Below are positions 37,588 through 47,556 of a stretch of DNA of 64,000 nucleotides, piece by piece (the stretch's first letter is position 1; each line of letters starts with the position of its first letter). The translations under genes and the position numbers were made by a program. Source of the stretch: Candidatus Caldarchaeum sp. (GTDB taxonomy: Archaea > Thermoproteota > Nitrososphaeria_A > Caldarchaeales > Caldarchaeaceae); assembly GCA_033580815.1 (NCBI GenBank), contig JAVQUC010000003.1:31292-95291 (forward strand), read 5' to 3'. Under the pieces are notes generated by a model, which was not told where the DNA came from, did no database searches, and saw only the letters and a program-made list of their open reading frames with translations.

Positions 37588-38462
37588 GGTCACTGGCTTA
37601 CATCGATGTCTTCACACCCAAAAACCTTGAAGAAGCCCTCGAAATACTCGATAAACAATCTGACCGCATACGTGTCCTCGCGGGAGGAACAGACCTCATA
37701 CTCCAACTAAGAAGAGCAAAGCAGTCAAGAGAGAACCTGCTGAACATCTATTCCTTGGACGAGCTCCGATACATCAAATTCGAAAATGGGCTAGTCAAGA
37801 TCGGGGCCTTAACCGATTTTATGACGATAACACAATCCCCTATAATCCAAAAGTATGCACCTATTCTGGCGGAAGCCGCCCAAACCATCGGCTCCATCCA
37901 AATACTGAACAAAGCATCCATAGGGGGGAACATAGTCAACGCGTCTCCTGCGGCCGATTCCCTACCAGCTCTTTACGTCCTCGAAGCATCTCTCACACTC
38001 CGGAAAAAGAATTCAAGCAGGCAGACGTCGATTTTGGATTTCTACCGAGGCTACAAGCTGCTTGACCTGCAGCCGGGGGAGCTGCTGGTCGAAATTTCGT
38101 TTAAGCCAATGAGGGAGAATCAGGTAGGGATGTTTTTCAAACACGGTCTCAGGCAGGGTGACGCGATTTCCGTCGTCAACGGCGCCGTCTTACTCGAGAT
38201 AGAGCCAGCATCCCATATCGTCAGGGATGCAAGGATTGCGTTGGGGGCCGTCGCGCCCACGGTTGTCCGAGCTCATCAAGCTGAGCAATATCTCGAAGGG
38301 AGGAATCTTGATGAAAAAACCATCAAACAAGCTTCCGAATACATCGTCACGTCTATAAGCCCTATCGACGATGTTCGTGGGTCGGCCGCCTACAGGACAG
38401 AAATGTGCAAGAATTATGTCTTTATGACTTTGTGGAAGATTGCCGAGATGTTGGGGAGATGA
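37584..38462 (+). CDS. Xanthine dehydrogenase/CO dehydrogenase family, medium FAD-binding subunit
   Basis: 292 aa. AGGTDL and ASIGGNI motifs, and a C-terminal CO-dehydrogenase flavoprotein domain (DVRGSAAYR). 4-nt overlaps with both neighbours. Confidence 0.85.
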   Translation: MRSLAYIDVFTPKNLEEALEILDKQSDRIRVLAGGTDLILQLRRAKQSRENLLNIYSLDELRYIKFENGLVKIGALTDFMTITQSPIIQKYAPILAEAAQTIGSIQILNKASIGGNIVNASPAADSLPALYVLEASLTLRKKNSSRQTSILDFYRGYKLLDLQPGELLVEISFKPMRENQVGMFFKHGLRQGDAISVVNGAVLLEIEPASHIVRDARIALGAVAPTVVRAHQAEQYLEGRNLDEKTIKQASEYIVTSISPIDDVRGSAAYRTEMCKNYVFMTLWKIAEMLGR

Positions 38463-40717
38463 CTTCGGTCACTCGCTGGGTTGGAAAAGAAGTTGTCCGA
38501 AGGGATGCGTTGGAGAAGGCACGCGGCATTACAAAATACGCTTCGGACATGTTTCCTGAAAACCTTTTGTGGGTAGCCACCCACAGAAGCAAGCATCCTC
38601 ACGCGAGGATACTCAAAATCGACGTCTCGAAAGCCTTGAAGAGTTCAGGCGTCGTCGCGGTTTTTACGCACCGGGACGTACCGAACAACAGGTACGGAGT
38701 TTTCGTTAAGGATAGACCGGTTCTCTGTGACGACCGTGTCAGATACATCGGGGACCCGATAGCCCTCGTGGCTGCGGAGACGAAGGAAGATGCTGAGCAG
38801 GCGGTTGATGAAATCATCGTCGACTACGAGCCCTTGCCAGTCGTTACAGACCCTCTAGAAGCTATGAAACCATCGTCGACGCCGATACACGAAAACGGCA
38901 ACATTGCACGAAGTACCAGAATAACTCGTGGAAATGTTGCGCTCGGGTTGAGAGAGTCGAAGGTGGTCGTGGAAAACGAATACAGGACTTCGTCTCAGAT
39001 ACATGCTTTCCTCGAGACGGAAGCCGGAATATCCTACATTGATGAAGCCGGTAGAATAACCGTCGTGGCCGGCGGACAGTCTCCGTACCGGGACCACCAT
39101 GAAATTGTCTCAACTCTGATGCTTCCTCCCGAAAAAGTGAGGGTTATCATCCCCCAGGTCGGAGGAGCTTTTGGCGGAAAGGATGACATTTCCGTGCAGA
39201 TCCATCTCGCCTTGGTCACCCTCCGGACGGGGAGGCCTGCTCGTTTGGTTTGGGACCGAGAGGAGTCGATGATCTCGGGGACAAAACGTCATCCATCCAT
39301 CGTTAGGATGCGCACCGGCGCCTCCGCCGACGGCAGGTTGCTGGCCAACGACGTCGAAATCATTTACGACACAGGTGCATACTGCGCACTCGGCCCGGCT
39401 GTGCTTGATGTAGCCATCGAAAACTGTAACGGGCCCTACAAGATACCCAACGTAGACGTAAAGGCGACTCTGGTGTACACGAACAACTTGGTTGCCTCTG
39501 CTTTCCGAGGTTTCGGAGCCCCGCAGGTTATGTTTGCCATGGAGCAGCAGGTTGACCAGCTCGCCCATGAGCTCGGCATGGACCCCGTCGAGTTCCGTCT
39601 CATCAACGCGCTCCGGAAAGGAGACACCATGGTGTTCGGCAACAAAATCGAAACCAGCGTCGGCATAGCGAAATGCCTCGAAACCGCAAAAAACCATACG
39701 CTGTGGCGTGATAAGCATCACCACAAAACTCTGAAAAGTTATCCGTGGATCAAGAGAGGTGTTGGTGTGGCGGCGGCCGTGAAAGGATATACGTTAGGGG
39801 CGCTGCCCGACAGGGGAAGCGTCGCCGTGGAGCTGAGGCTTGACGGCGGCTTCACGGTAAAAGGCAGTTTTACGGAAATCGGGCAGGGAGTCATTCAATC
39901 CGTTGCCCAAATCGCCGCCGAGCTTTTCAGCGTTGACATAGGTAAAGTCGATGTTGTATTCGCGGACACGGACAAAACACCCGACACGAGCGTGACATCG
40001 GCCTCCAGACAACTCTTTCTGGCGGGCAACGCTTTGAAAGATGCGGCAAAGAAGATGACACAGCATGTTCGAGATTTTCTATCACGGACGATGGGTCGGG
40101 CTGTTGAGGATGGACGGTTCGAAAACGAGTATTTTGTCGGACGTGATTTGAAAATTTCGCTCACCGACCTGGCTCAATTGATGGAGAAAGGCGGTGTCAA
40201 ACGCGAAGTGACAGGCGTTTATGACGTCCCGCGCGTGCAACCGATTCCGGGATCGCTTGAGATTCCTCACCTATTTTACATGTTCGGTGTTTCACTGGTT
40301 CTGGTCGAGGTCAACACCCTAACCGGGACAGTAGCCGTACAAAAGTTGGTCAGCATAGCGGATGTCGGCAAAGTCATCAACCCACAAACTCTGACGGGTC
40401 AGCTTGAAGGAGCGGCCGCCCAGGGCATCGGGTTCGCCCTTCTAGAAGAGCCAAAAATCGAGAACGGTATCTTGAAAACTACTAACCTCTCTACATACTT
40501 GATTCCCAGCATCTTGGACACGCCTGAAATCGAGGTCATCCCCATCGAAGACCCCGAAGAATCAGGGCCCTTCGGAGCGAAAGGAATAGGCGAAATCGGA
40601 ATCATATCCGTCGCGCCCGCGGTGGCGAACGCTATCTACGACGCGGTCGGAGTAAGGCCAAGGTCGGCGCCGATGACACCTGAAAAAATCTACTGGCTGT
40701 TAAAAGACAAGAAATAA
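38459..40717 (+). CDS. Xanthine dehydrogenase/aldehyde oxidase family, large molybdopterin subunit
   Basis: The ORF track starts at 38405. ATG 38459 overlaps the medium-subunit stop (ATGA). Motifs: GGAFGGK, FRGFGAPQ, GAKGIGEIG. No CoxL-type VAYRCSFR loop was seen, so this is probably not an aerobic CODH. Confidence 0.9.
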   Translation: MTSVTRWVGKEVVRRDALEKARGITKYASDMFPENLLWVATHRSKHPHARILKIDVSKALKSSGVVAVFTHRDVPNNRYGVFVKDRPVLCDDRVRYIGDPIALVAAETKEDAEQAVDEIIVDYEPLPVVTDPLEAMKPSSTPIHENGNIARSTRITRGNVALGLRESKVVVENEYRTSSQIHAFLETEAGISYIDEAGRITVVAGGQSPYRDHHEIVSTLMLPPEKVRVIIPQVGGAFGGKDDISVQIHLALVTLRTGRPARLVWDREESMISGTKRHPSIVRMRTGASADGRLLANDVEIIYDTGAYCALGPAVLDVAIENCNGPYKIPNVDVKATLVYTNNLVASAFRGFGAPQVMFAMEQQVDQLAHELGMDPVEFRLINALRKGDTMVFGNKIETSVGIAKCLETAKNHTLWRDKHHHKTLKSYPWIKRGVGVAAAVKGYTLGALPDRGSVAVELRLDGGFTVKGSFTEIGQGVIQSVAQIAAELFSVDIGKVDVVFADTDKTPDTSVTSASRQLFLAGNALKDAAKKMTQHVRDFLSRTMGRAVEDGRFENEYFVGRDLKISLTDLAQLMEKGGVKREVTGVYDVPRVQPIPGSLEIPHLFYMFGVSLVLVEVNTLTGTVAVQKLVSIADVGKVINPQTLTGQLEGAAAQGIGFALLEEPKIENGILKTTNLSTYLIPSILDTPEIEVIPIEDPEESGPFGAKGIGEIGIISVAPAVANAIYDAVGVRPRSAPMTPEKIYWLLKDKK

Positions 40718-40840
40718 AACAGTTAAATACATCACCGACAACGTATGAGCATAGTTGAGTTCAGCAGGCGTGGTTTCCACGACCAACGTCTTCCGCTTTA
40801 CCTGCTATAGCTAAATTTTTCGCTCGTTGGGTGGTGATGG

Positions 40841-42079
40841 TTGGCTAAAATTGTCGTCAAACTTGGTGGGTCTGTTCTTTCTGACGAGCCAAGTATCGAG
40901 AAGGCAGCTGAATGGGTGAAGCAACAAAGGGAAAAAGGGCACAAAATAGCCGTCGTGGTGTCTGCTCTGAAAGGCGTCACCGACGACCTGCTTAGAAGCG
41001 CTCAACGGATTAACCCCGACGCTCCTCCCGAGCTTTTGGACGAACTGCTTGCCATGGGTGAAAGAACGAGCGCACGTCTTTTCACCATCGCTCTGAGGAA
41101 AAAAGGCGTCGAAGCCGTAGTTGTCGACCCCGATTCCGAAGAATGGCCAGTGATAACCGACGACAGGCATCTCGACGCTACCCCGATCCTGGAGCTCTGC
41201 AGACCCCGCGTTAAAAATGGTGTCGAGAGGTTGATGGAAAGAGGGTTGGTGCCTGTGGTTTGTGGATACGTTGGGTTGACGGCTGACGGGAAAATCACCA
41301 CGATGGGTCGCGGCGGAAGCGACACAACTGCTGTGCTGCTTGCAAACTGTCTCGAAGCAGATGAAGTGGTGTTGGTTAAGGATGTCGCGGGTGTCTACTC
41401 AACAGACCCGAGCAAATCAGCTGATGCTAAAATTCTTGAGATTCTGAGCGCGGACGAAGTTCTCCGGCTGAGTAAAGGCGGTGCTAAAATCATACACTCT
41501 AAAGCTCTTCTCTTTCTTCATCCAAAGGGAAAAATCAGAATCGGGTCTCTTGAAACGATTGAAAAGACCGGGACAATAATTTTGGGCGCCGAAATTCCGC
41601 GGCTCAACGTGGTCATAGATGACAAGAACGTCACGATGGTTACAGTCATCGGCCAATCGATGAGCGAGCCGAACAAGCTTTCCGCCGCAATCAAAGCAGT
41701 CGAAACATCGGGCGGAAAACTTGTCGCTGCGTCGGCCGAGGAGGAATCACTCATCCTTTACCTGCATGGTGACGGTGAAATAGTCGAAAAAATCCACGAT
41801 TATTTCGTCCAGAACCGGCTCGGCAAGGCCGTCAGCCATTTCCCGAACCTGAGCGTTATAAGGGTTTACGGCGCGATGCTCGAGTTGGTTCCAGGCGTTG
41901 TCTCGAAGGTGGTCCAACCTCTCGCGGCCCGTGCCGTGAACCTGTTTGGCGTTTTGACCATAAGCTCTTCCATACGGGTCTTCGTTTCAACCAAGGAGGT
42001 TGACAAAGCCATAGAGCTCATAAAGGAAAACCTCGCCGACTACATGGCCCCCCAACCAGATGTTCACCCAAGTTCTTGA
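40841..42079 (+). CDS. Aspartate kinase
   Basis: 412 aa with a TTG start; an in-frame TGA lies 6 nt upstream. KIVVKLGGSVL, VVVSALKGVTDDL, GRGGSDTTA, and C-terminal ACT-like repeats. Confidence 0.85.
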   Translation: MAKIVVKLGGSVLSDEPSIEKAAEWVKQQREKGHKIAVVVSALKGVTDDLLRSAQRINPDAPPELLDELLAMGERTSARLFTIALRKKGVEAVVVDPDSEEWPVITDDRHLDATPILELCRPRVKNGVERLMERGLVPVVCGYVGLTADGKITTMGRGGSDTTAVLLANCLEADEVVLVKDVAGVYSTDPSKSADAKILEILSADEVLRLSKGGAKIIHSKALLFLHPKGKIRIGSLETIEKTGTIILGAEIPRLNVVIDDKNVTMVTVIGQSMSEPNKLSAAIKAVETSGGKLVAASAEEESLILYLHGDGEIVEKIHDYFVQNRLGKAVSHFPNLSVIRVYGAMLELVPGVVSKVVQPLAARAVNLFGVLTISSSIRVFVSTKEVDKAIELIKENLADYMAPQPDVHPSS

Positions 42080-42984
42080 ACAAGCCCTAGAGCAAGGAAG
42101 GGGAGGACTATGGAGACGTCGGCTTTGACGAAAACGTGCCGTGCCTTGGGTGAGACCTTGTGCCAGCTAACCGCCTCACGAGGCCTAGCACCGCTCAGGC
42201 TTCCGTCGTATTCGTCTGCAGTTGAGATGTAGATCGCGTAGTCGAGACCCTCTCCGCCGAACTGCGACCACCAAAGCAGATGATGCTTTGAAATTCCGCC
42301 GCCGAGCACAAGCCCAGCCTTGCGACGATAATTCCACATTAAATCCTGGACCATGTCCATGTCCTTCTCGTAAGATATGCTCAGCTTCTTTGTCCTACCT
42401 TGGAGCCAGAGTTGGTAGCCGAACGCGCCGTCGAAGATGCCCGGGACGAATACTGGAATGTTGTTTCTCCAGCACCAATATAGGAATGAATTTTCGGACC
42501 CAAGCCTTCGGCCGACGATGTGCAATAGCTCCGAGAAAGACAAGACCGAGCCTATTTCCTGAGATTCGAGCAGTTGCTTCACCTCGTTTTCTATCGTCTG
42601 TCCATAACTTTTTTGGTGTATGAAGACGTTCCCCAGTCTGTGTACGTCCTTTTGGGCCAGCTCCCAGTCGTCGGCGTCGAAGCTTCCAATTCTGTATGTT
42701 GAGCGAGTGCGGGCTATGTCATGGTCAACCGCGCCGCATGTCGTGAATACCACGTCAAACCATTTCCGTTTGAGCATCTCGACCAAAACTCCTCTCAACC
42801 CCGTGGAAACCAAGTTACCCGTGAAGGAAATCAGCCTCAGACAGGACCTATCAAGCACCATCTCCCTTAGCAACTGATAGGCTTGTCCCAGGTGGGCGCC
42901 CATGAAGCCACCCATCCTCACCATCATCCTAAGAACCCCGTCTACGGTAGCATCTTTCGACAAAACTAGGTCTTCGACTTCCAT
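42064..42984 (-). CDS. dys: Deoxyhypusine synthase
   Basis: The ORF track extends to 43065. ATG 42984 (MEVEDLVL..) fits family N-termini and has a TATA-like box upstream. Motifs: GNLVSTGLR, VVFTTCGAVDHD, RLGNVFI, GGGISKHH (catalytic Lys), DGSLSGARP. Confidence 0.85.
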   Translation of the reverse strand: MEVEDLVLSKDATVDGVLRMMVRMGGFMGAHLGQAYQLLREMVLDRSCLRLISFTGNLVSTGLRGVLVEMLKRKWFDVVFTTCGAVDHDIARTRSTYRIGSFDADDWELAQKDVHRLGNVFIHQKSYGQTIENEVKQLLESQEIGSVLSFSELLHIVGRRLGSENSFLYWCWRNNIPVFVPGIFDGAFGYQLWLQGRTKKLSISYEKDMDMVQDLMWNYRRKAGLVLGGGISKHHLLWWSQFGGEGLDYAIYISTADEYDGSLSGARPREAVSWHKVSPKARHVFVKADVSIVLPFLALGLVQELG

Positions 42985-43008
42985 CTGCCAATTCCGCCCG
43001 CCGCAGAC

Positions 43009-43018
43009 TAATAAAATC
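43009..43018 (-). promoter_or_regulatory. TATA-like box upstream of the DHS gene
   Basis: On the minus strand, GATTTTATTA is centred about 29 nt upstream of ATG 42984. Confidence 0.35.
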
Positions 43019-43061
43019 ATTCCCTTTTTTTCACCGCGCCGATTCCCACGGTTGGAAATTT

Positions 43062-44051
43062 TCAAACTGGCTTACCGTGTTCCCTGTTCTGCCGAGCAAC
43101 CACTACTATGAACATAAGACTGGAAATCACTAAAGACACATAGTAGGTTGCGAGGCGCCACTGCATCGTGGTGGCGGGGGAATTCACTCCAAAAACACTA
43201 CTTAGGTAAAGGTAAACGCCTGCCTCGGTTAAACCAGCGCCGCCCACCGTGACCGGTAAAACCCCCAACGCGTTACCTGAATGGAATGAGAGCAAACAGG
43301 CAAAAAAGCCAGAGACATCCGGATAGCCGAGCAAAATTTGGAGAACGATTGCCGGAGCAGACATCACGACCACAGTCGAAAGAAGTAGCATGATCATGGA
43401 ATTCCGAAAAGATTTGGAGAAAGTCGTGCCTATCACCTTCTTCATCTCCTCTGAGCTGTTTAACAGAAGCTCACGAATTCGAGAAGGGATCGGAAGCGGG
43501 AGGAAACCCTGCATAGGCTTGACGAGGTTGGGGTTTTTGCTCAAGACCAATAACAGCGCGGCTACGCAGAGTTGTGTACTGGATACCAAAACTATTATCA
43601 AACTCAGATTCGCTGCTTTCGCAGATGCGGCATACAAGCCCGCCGCCAAGGCTATGGTTCCGCCCACATCTATGTCTAGCAACATCTCAGTCAAAGCTAT
43701 CATGAAGGCTTTCGTAGCCGTTTCTCCTCGTTGAGTGAGCAGCCATGTACGCGCCGCTTCATCCGCCATGAATGGAATAGTTGTTAGCGCGAAGAACTCG
43801 CTGGCCCCCCGCATCAATAGGGAGTCAAAATAGCTTCTCGAAGCGTTGGAAAACTTTCGCAGAAGCAGATGGAATCTAAGGCCTTGCGCTGCAAACCTAC
43901 CGCCGTTAAGCGCCATCACTGACCAAAATACCAACGGGTTGACCGACAGAAGTTCTTCTAAAGAGATTTTGAACAAGTTGAAGACGATGGCAAAAATCGC
44001 TGAACTCAGCAATATTCCCGCTATTGCATGTGTTAGATACTTACGGCTCAT
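43062..44051 (-). CDS. Flippase-like membrane protein (UPF0104 / lysyl-phosphatidylglycerol-synthase TM-region family)
   Basis: 329 aa with about 8 TM helices. The family call is from memory of the overall pattern. The start overlaps the upstream methyltransferase gene by 11 nt. Confidence 0.55.
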   Translation of the reverse strand: MSRKYLTHAIAGILLSSAIFAIVFNLFKISLEELLSVNPLVFWSVMALNGGRFAAQGLRFHLLLRKFSNASRSYFDSLLMRGASEFFALTTIPFMADEAARTWLLTQRGETATKAFMIALTEMLLDIDVGGTIALAAGLYAASAKAANLSLIIVLVSSTQLCVAALLLVLSKNPNLVKPMQGFLPLPIPSRIRELLLNSSEEMKKVIGTTFSKSFRNSMIMLLLSTVVVMSAPAIVLQILLGYPDVSGFFACLLSFHSGNALGVLPVTVGGAGLTEAGVYLYLSSVFGVNSPATTMQWRLATYYVSLVISSLMFIVVVARQNREHGKPV

Positions 44052-44583
44052 TTTGTTTCACTGCTACAACACATATCGATTGCTGTAGTCGGCGGAGTCT
44101 ATGACTTTTGAAGGGGAAGAAGACGTGAAGCTGAATGGGTATTTCTTGTTTTACATCAAAGCCATTTTGCTTCAAAATTGTTCTCAGACTGTTCCACGTG
44201 AAGTGGTGTTGGTGTGTGGAGTCCGCGAAGCTGTCGTAAACGCCGAGGCCAGCTGTGTTGGGAGTTATGATGAGGAGCTGGCCATCACGCGTCAAAACCC
44301 TGCGACATTCCTTCAAAACGGTTACTATGTCATTCACGTGTTCCAGAACATCCATCATCACTACTCGGTCGAAGCATTTACTCCGGAAAGGCAGACAAGT
44401 CGCCGATGCCAGCACATCGGGACGCATCGCAACATCTACACTGACATAGGATTCCGCCATGCAAAATCTGGAGTAGTGCTTCAACCCACTCCCTACTTCA
44501 AGAACACGTTTCGCGCCCAAAGTAATCATCAATTCAGCTTTGTATCTCCTAAACACGAAAGGCTGAATCGCGAAGAAACGCAT
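44041..44583 (-). CDS. Class I SAM-dependent methyltransferase
   Basis: 180 aa. Motif I VLEVGSG and motif post-II/III DRVVMMDVLEHV, which is the type-11 pattern. Confidence 0.7.
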   Translation of the reverse strand: MRFFAIQPFVFRRYKAELMITLGAKRVLEVGSGLKHYSRFCMAESYVSVDVAMRPDVLASATCLPFRSKCFDRVVMMDVLEHVNDIVTVLKECRRVLTRDGQLLIITPNTAGLGVYDSFADSTHQHHFTWNSLRTILKQNGFDVKQEIPIQLHVFFPFKSHRLRRLQQSICVVAVKQNEP

Positions 44584-44744
44584 GGTCGGTATTCACGAAG
44601 TTTTTCACCGTTTATAATTTTTTGATACGTGAAAAGGACACCGGCATGGAAACAAGGTTTTTATCATGCGTCAAGCGACTAACGACAGATTCGGCAAAAA
44701 CGGTTAGACGGAAGTGAAAAATTGGAGTGGAAGTGGAGGGGAGA

Positions 44745-45998
44745 ATGGAGGTTAGGTTCCTAGGGGGGGCGTTAGAGGTAGGTAGGTCGGCAATTTTGGT
44801 ATCGTACAAGGATACGAGAATTCTTCTTGATTATGGTGTTATGCTTAACGACCATCCAGAGTTTCCACTGCCAGTCGAAACGAAAAAGCTGAACGCAGTT
44901 GTTCTCAGCCATTCCCATCTAGACCATTCTGGGGGTGTTCCGATGCTATACGTCAACAAACAGCCGAAGCTCTATGCAACGTCTATGACGCGAGACACCG
45001 CCGAACTGCTTGTATACGACTTCATAAAACTTTCCGGCGAATACTTGTTGTTCGACAAGACCGAAGCTGAAAAAATGTTTCGAAACACCAAAACTGTTTA
45101 CTACAGAGAGCCCTTTAGAGTTGGGGATTTGGAGGTAGAGTTGATTGACGCGGGACACATACCTGGTAGCGCGCAAGTCGTCGTCAACGGGGACAAAACA
45201 CTAGTTTACACCGGCGACTTTACCACTGTTAAGACGAGGATGCTTGACGGCGCAGACACCGTCGTAGGAGACGCGGACGCCGTGATAATCGAGTCCACCT
45301 ATGCCCATGAAGACCACAGGCCAAGGCTTGAGCTCGAGAAGGAGTTTGTGAAAGCATGCAGGGAAGTTGTGGAAAACGGCGGACGGGTTCTTGTTCCCGC
45401 GTTCTCCGTTGGGAGGGCTCAGGAAATCATCTCCATACTCGCGGCCCACAACTTCAGGCAACCTGTTTGGTTGGATGGTATGGCTAAAAAAGCCCTGGAA
45501 TACTATCTGTCTGACAGACGTTTCGTCGACGGTGCCGAAATTCTCGAGAAGGCGAGCCGGAGAACGAGGTTTGTTAAGGGGAAAAGAGGTAGGGAAAACG
45601 CATTGTCTGAGCCTGGGGTTATTGTGACGCCGGCGGGCATGCTCAAAGGCGGGCCCGCTCTCTACTATGCGCCTGCAATAGTGGAGGACGAGAAATCCGC
45701 GATATTTCTTGCGAGCTTTCAGATACCCGGCACTCCGGGGGAAATCCTTCTCAACCAAGGTAGGTTGGTCGTCAACGACATCGACAAACCAGCCAACTGC
45801 ATCGTCAAACAGTTCAGGTTCTCAGGCCATGCAGGAAGGTCGCAGCTCCACGACTATTTACGCAAGATTGAAACCAACGCCAAAGTCTTCACGGTCCACG
45901 GTGAACCGGAAATGTGTCATCTCCTGGCGGATTGGGCGGCGTCCGAGTTGGGGATGGAAGCGATAGCGCCTGAAAGGGGCGGTCAATACTCGATTTAA
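44745..45998 (+). CDS. Beta-CASP metallo-beta-lactamase-fold ribonuclease (aCPSF2-like)
   Basis: The ORF track starts at GTG 44727, but ATG 44745 gives the family N-terminus MEVRFLGGALEVGRSA. Motifs: HSHLDHSGG, DAGHIPGS, ESTYA, and the terminal HGE. Confidence 0.8.
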   Translation: MEVRFLGGALEVGRSAILVSYKDTRILLDYGVMLNDHPEFPLPVETKKLNAVVLSHSHLDHSGGVPMLYVNKQPKLYATSMTRDTAELLVYDFIKLSGEYLLFDKTEAEKMFRNTKTVYYREPFRVGDLEVELIDAGHIPGSAQVVVNGDKTLVYTGDFTTVKTRMLDGADTVVGDADAVIIESTYAHEDHRPRLELEKEFVKACREVVENGGRVLVPAFSVGRAQEIISILAAHNFRQPVWLDGMAKKALEYYLSDRRFVDGAEILEKASRRTRFVKGKRGRENALSEPGVIVTPAGMLKGGPALYYAPAIVEDEKSAIFLASFQIPGTPGEILLNQGRLVVNDIDKPANCIVKQFRFSGHAGRSQLHDYLRKIETNAKVFTVHGEPEMCHLLADWAASELGMEAIAPERGGQYSI

Positions 45999-46036
45999 CC
46001 CCGCACCACTTATAAGCACCTAAGGCCTACCTTCCG

Positions 46037-47386
46037 TTGATGCTTTTAATCGCCGAGCTATCTTTCAGTATTGCACTTACCTTTTCTTTCATTCTGCTAA
46101 TCGAAGTTGTTTACAGGTTGATTTCCGAGAGAGGGGATGCCTCCCCGCTCGTGGTCAAGGCTTCCATAGTGTATGTAAGCACTGGGTTGCTTTTGCGTTT
46201 TGTCCTTGAGAGCTTGTACTTGTTTGGCTGGTTACCGCTGCCGCGCTATTCGATAGTTGAAATCTCAAGTTTTCTGATGGTTGCTACTTCCGCCGTCCTT
46301 GCGATAATGATCATCCGTAACGTTAGAGAATTCGACAGAAGATGGTCTATCGTCCTTTTGATTAGCCCAGTGATAATATTCGTTACACCATTGGCATTTT
46401 GGGTCTTTGCGTACTCTTTGAGGGTGTTTGATTATTTCTCGCCTCACTTCCTGTTCTATCTATTCGGTTTCAACTACTTGATGGCTCTCTTTTACGGCGT
46501 GTTGAGTAAAACACTTCTGGAGAAAGGCTATGCAGCCTCCCGGTTAGTCCAACTTTTTTCAGCCGTTTGTTTCATATTGGCGGCCCTCACTCTACCCTAC
46601 GGGTTGCAAACATACGCTAACTCGAATGAAACAGCGATTACATTCCCGTCGATGTTTTATGCTGCTCATTCCGCGATGGCTTCTTTGACTTTTCTGACGT
46701 GGCGACTGGCAAGAAGAAAGCTCATACAAAATTCAGAAAAAATCCTGACTGGAATAGAAGTTTTGGACAGCCAACTAGATAATGGGCTGCCTTACCCTGC
46801 GGCTATAGTGGTCATGGGACCCGCAGGAACAGGGCGCACAACAATTCTTTGCAGAATAGCTCAAACGCTGTTGTTAAAAAATGATGGAGTGCTCTTTTTC
46901 TCGATAGACCAGCCGATTACGAGACTTGAGAAACAGTTTTCCGCTAGTTTTCCTGAGTGTGAAAAAATGAAGCAGGAAAACAGAATAATTTTGGTGGAGG
47001 TAAACGAAGGGCCGCAAGGTATCAGGCTTGACCCGCAGGAAATAAACCTCGCATTCGTCGAAAAACTATCAAAGTTAAGGGGAGTTCGAAAATGGGTTAT
47101 AGTTGACTCGTTCTCAACTTTGATCGAAGAATTCGGCTGGTCTACAGCGGTCAAGCTTCTCAGAATTCTTGTTCAGAAATCGCATAGAAGTCAAACTGGC
47201 TTGCTCTTTTCTTATAACCCCTACGCTTTTCCCGAAAGCACGACGGCTGCGGTGGAAGACTGCGTGAACGGAGTCATCGAGATCATGACTGAAGCGAGGG
47301 AGGGAAGAACGGTCAGAAAAATCAGGGTCAAATGGATGACTGGTTATAAACCAGTTGGAAAATGGCTGCCGCTGGAAAAACTCTAA
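46037..47386 (+). CDS. Membrane-anchored KaiC/RecA-superfamily ATPase
   Basis: 449 aa. The N-terminal ~230 aa contain about 6-7 TM helices. The C-terminal domain has Walker A GPAGTGRTT and Walker B WVIVDSFSTL, a KaiC-like layout. Confidence 0.65.
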   Translation: MMLLIAELSFSIALTFSFILLIEVVYRLISERGDASPLVVKASIVYVSTGLLLRFVLESLYLFGWLPLPRYSIVEISSFLMVATSAVLAIMIIRNVREFDRRWSIVLLISPVIIFVTPLAFWVFAYSLRVFDYFSPHFLFYLFGFNYLMALFYGVLSKTLLEKGYAASRLVQLFSAVCFILAALTLPYGLQTYANSNETAITFPSMFYAAHSAMASLTFLTWRLARRKLIQNSEKILTGIEVLDSQLDNGLPYPAAIVVMGPAGTGRTTILCRIAQTLLLKNDGVLFFSIDQPITRLEKQFSASFPECEKMKQENRIILVEVNEGPQGIRLDPQEINLAFVEKLSKLRGVRKWVIVDSFSTLIEEFGWSTAVKLLRILVQKSHRSQTGLLFSYNPYAFPESTTAAVEDCVNGVIEIMTEAREGRTVRKIRVKWMTGYKPVGKWLPLEKL

Positions 47387-47441
47387 CCAACTTGAAAGTT
47401 TTTATTATTCTAACAACCACTGGAATTTGCAGCTAAATCGG

Positions 47442-47515
47442 GCGGCGGTCGTCTAGCCTGGTAGGACACCAGCCTGCCACGCTGGGAGTCGCGGGTTCAA
47501 ATCCCGCCCGCCGCA
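47442..47515 (+). tRNA. tRNA-Gly (anticodon GCC)
   Basis: Hand-folded. Acceptor GCGGCGG/CCGCCGC, anticodon stem CCAGC/GCTGG with loop CTGCCAC, and T arm GCGGG-TTCAAAT-CCCGC. The AT-rich TTTTTATTATT (47399-47409) lies upstream. Confidence 0.85.
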
Positions 47516-47556
47516 TCGATTGTAGGAATTTTTTAGGTAAATATGATGGTATTCGA

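Noticed and set aside
39110-39724. 204-aa minus-strand ORF inside the molybdoenzyme large subunit. Similar long shadow ORFs occur at 47667-48368 (+), 49872-50441 (+), 50496-51011 (+), 15876-16307 (+), 9238-9720 (-), 45201-45758 (-), 61957-62460 (-) and 28922-29437 (-).
   Set aside because: All lie antisense or out of frame within strongly supported genes and have Arg/Gly/Ser/His-rich compositions typical of shadow ORFs in GC-moderate genomes.
42985-43065. Longest-ORF start of DHS (MKISNRGNRRGEKKG..), which gives a 4-nt overlap with the flippase-like gene
   Set aside because: The extension looks non-coding and contains a TATA-like box on the coding strand. DHS family N-termini align better with MEVEDLVL at 42984. 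The longer ORF remains a possibility (see findings).
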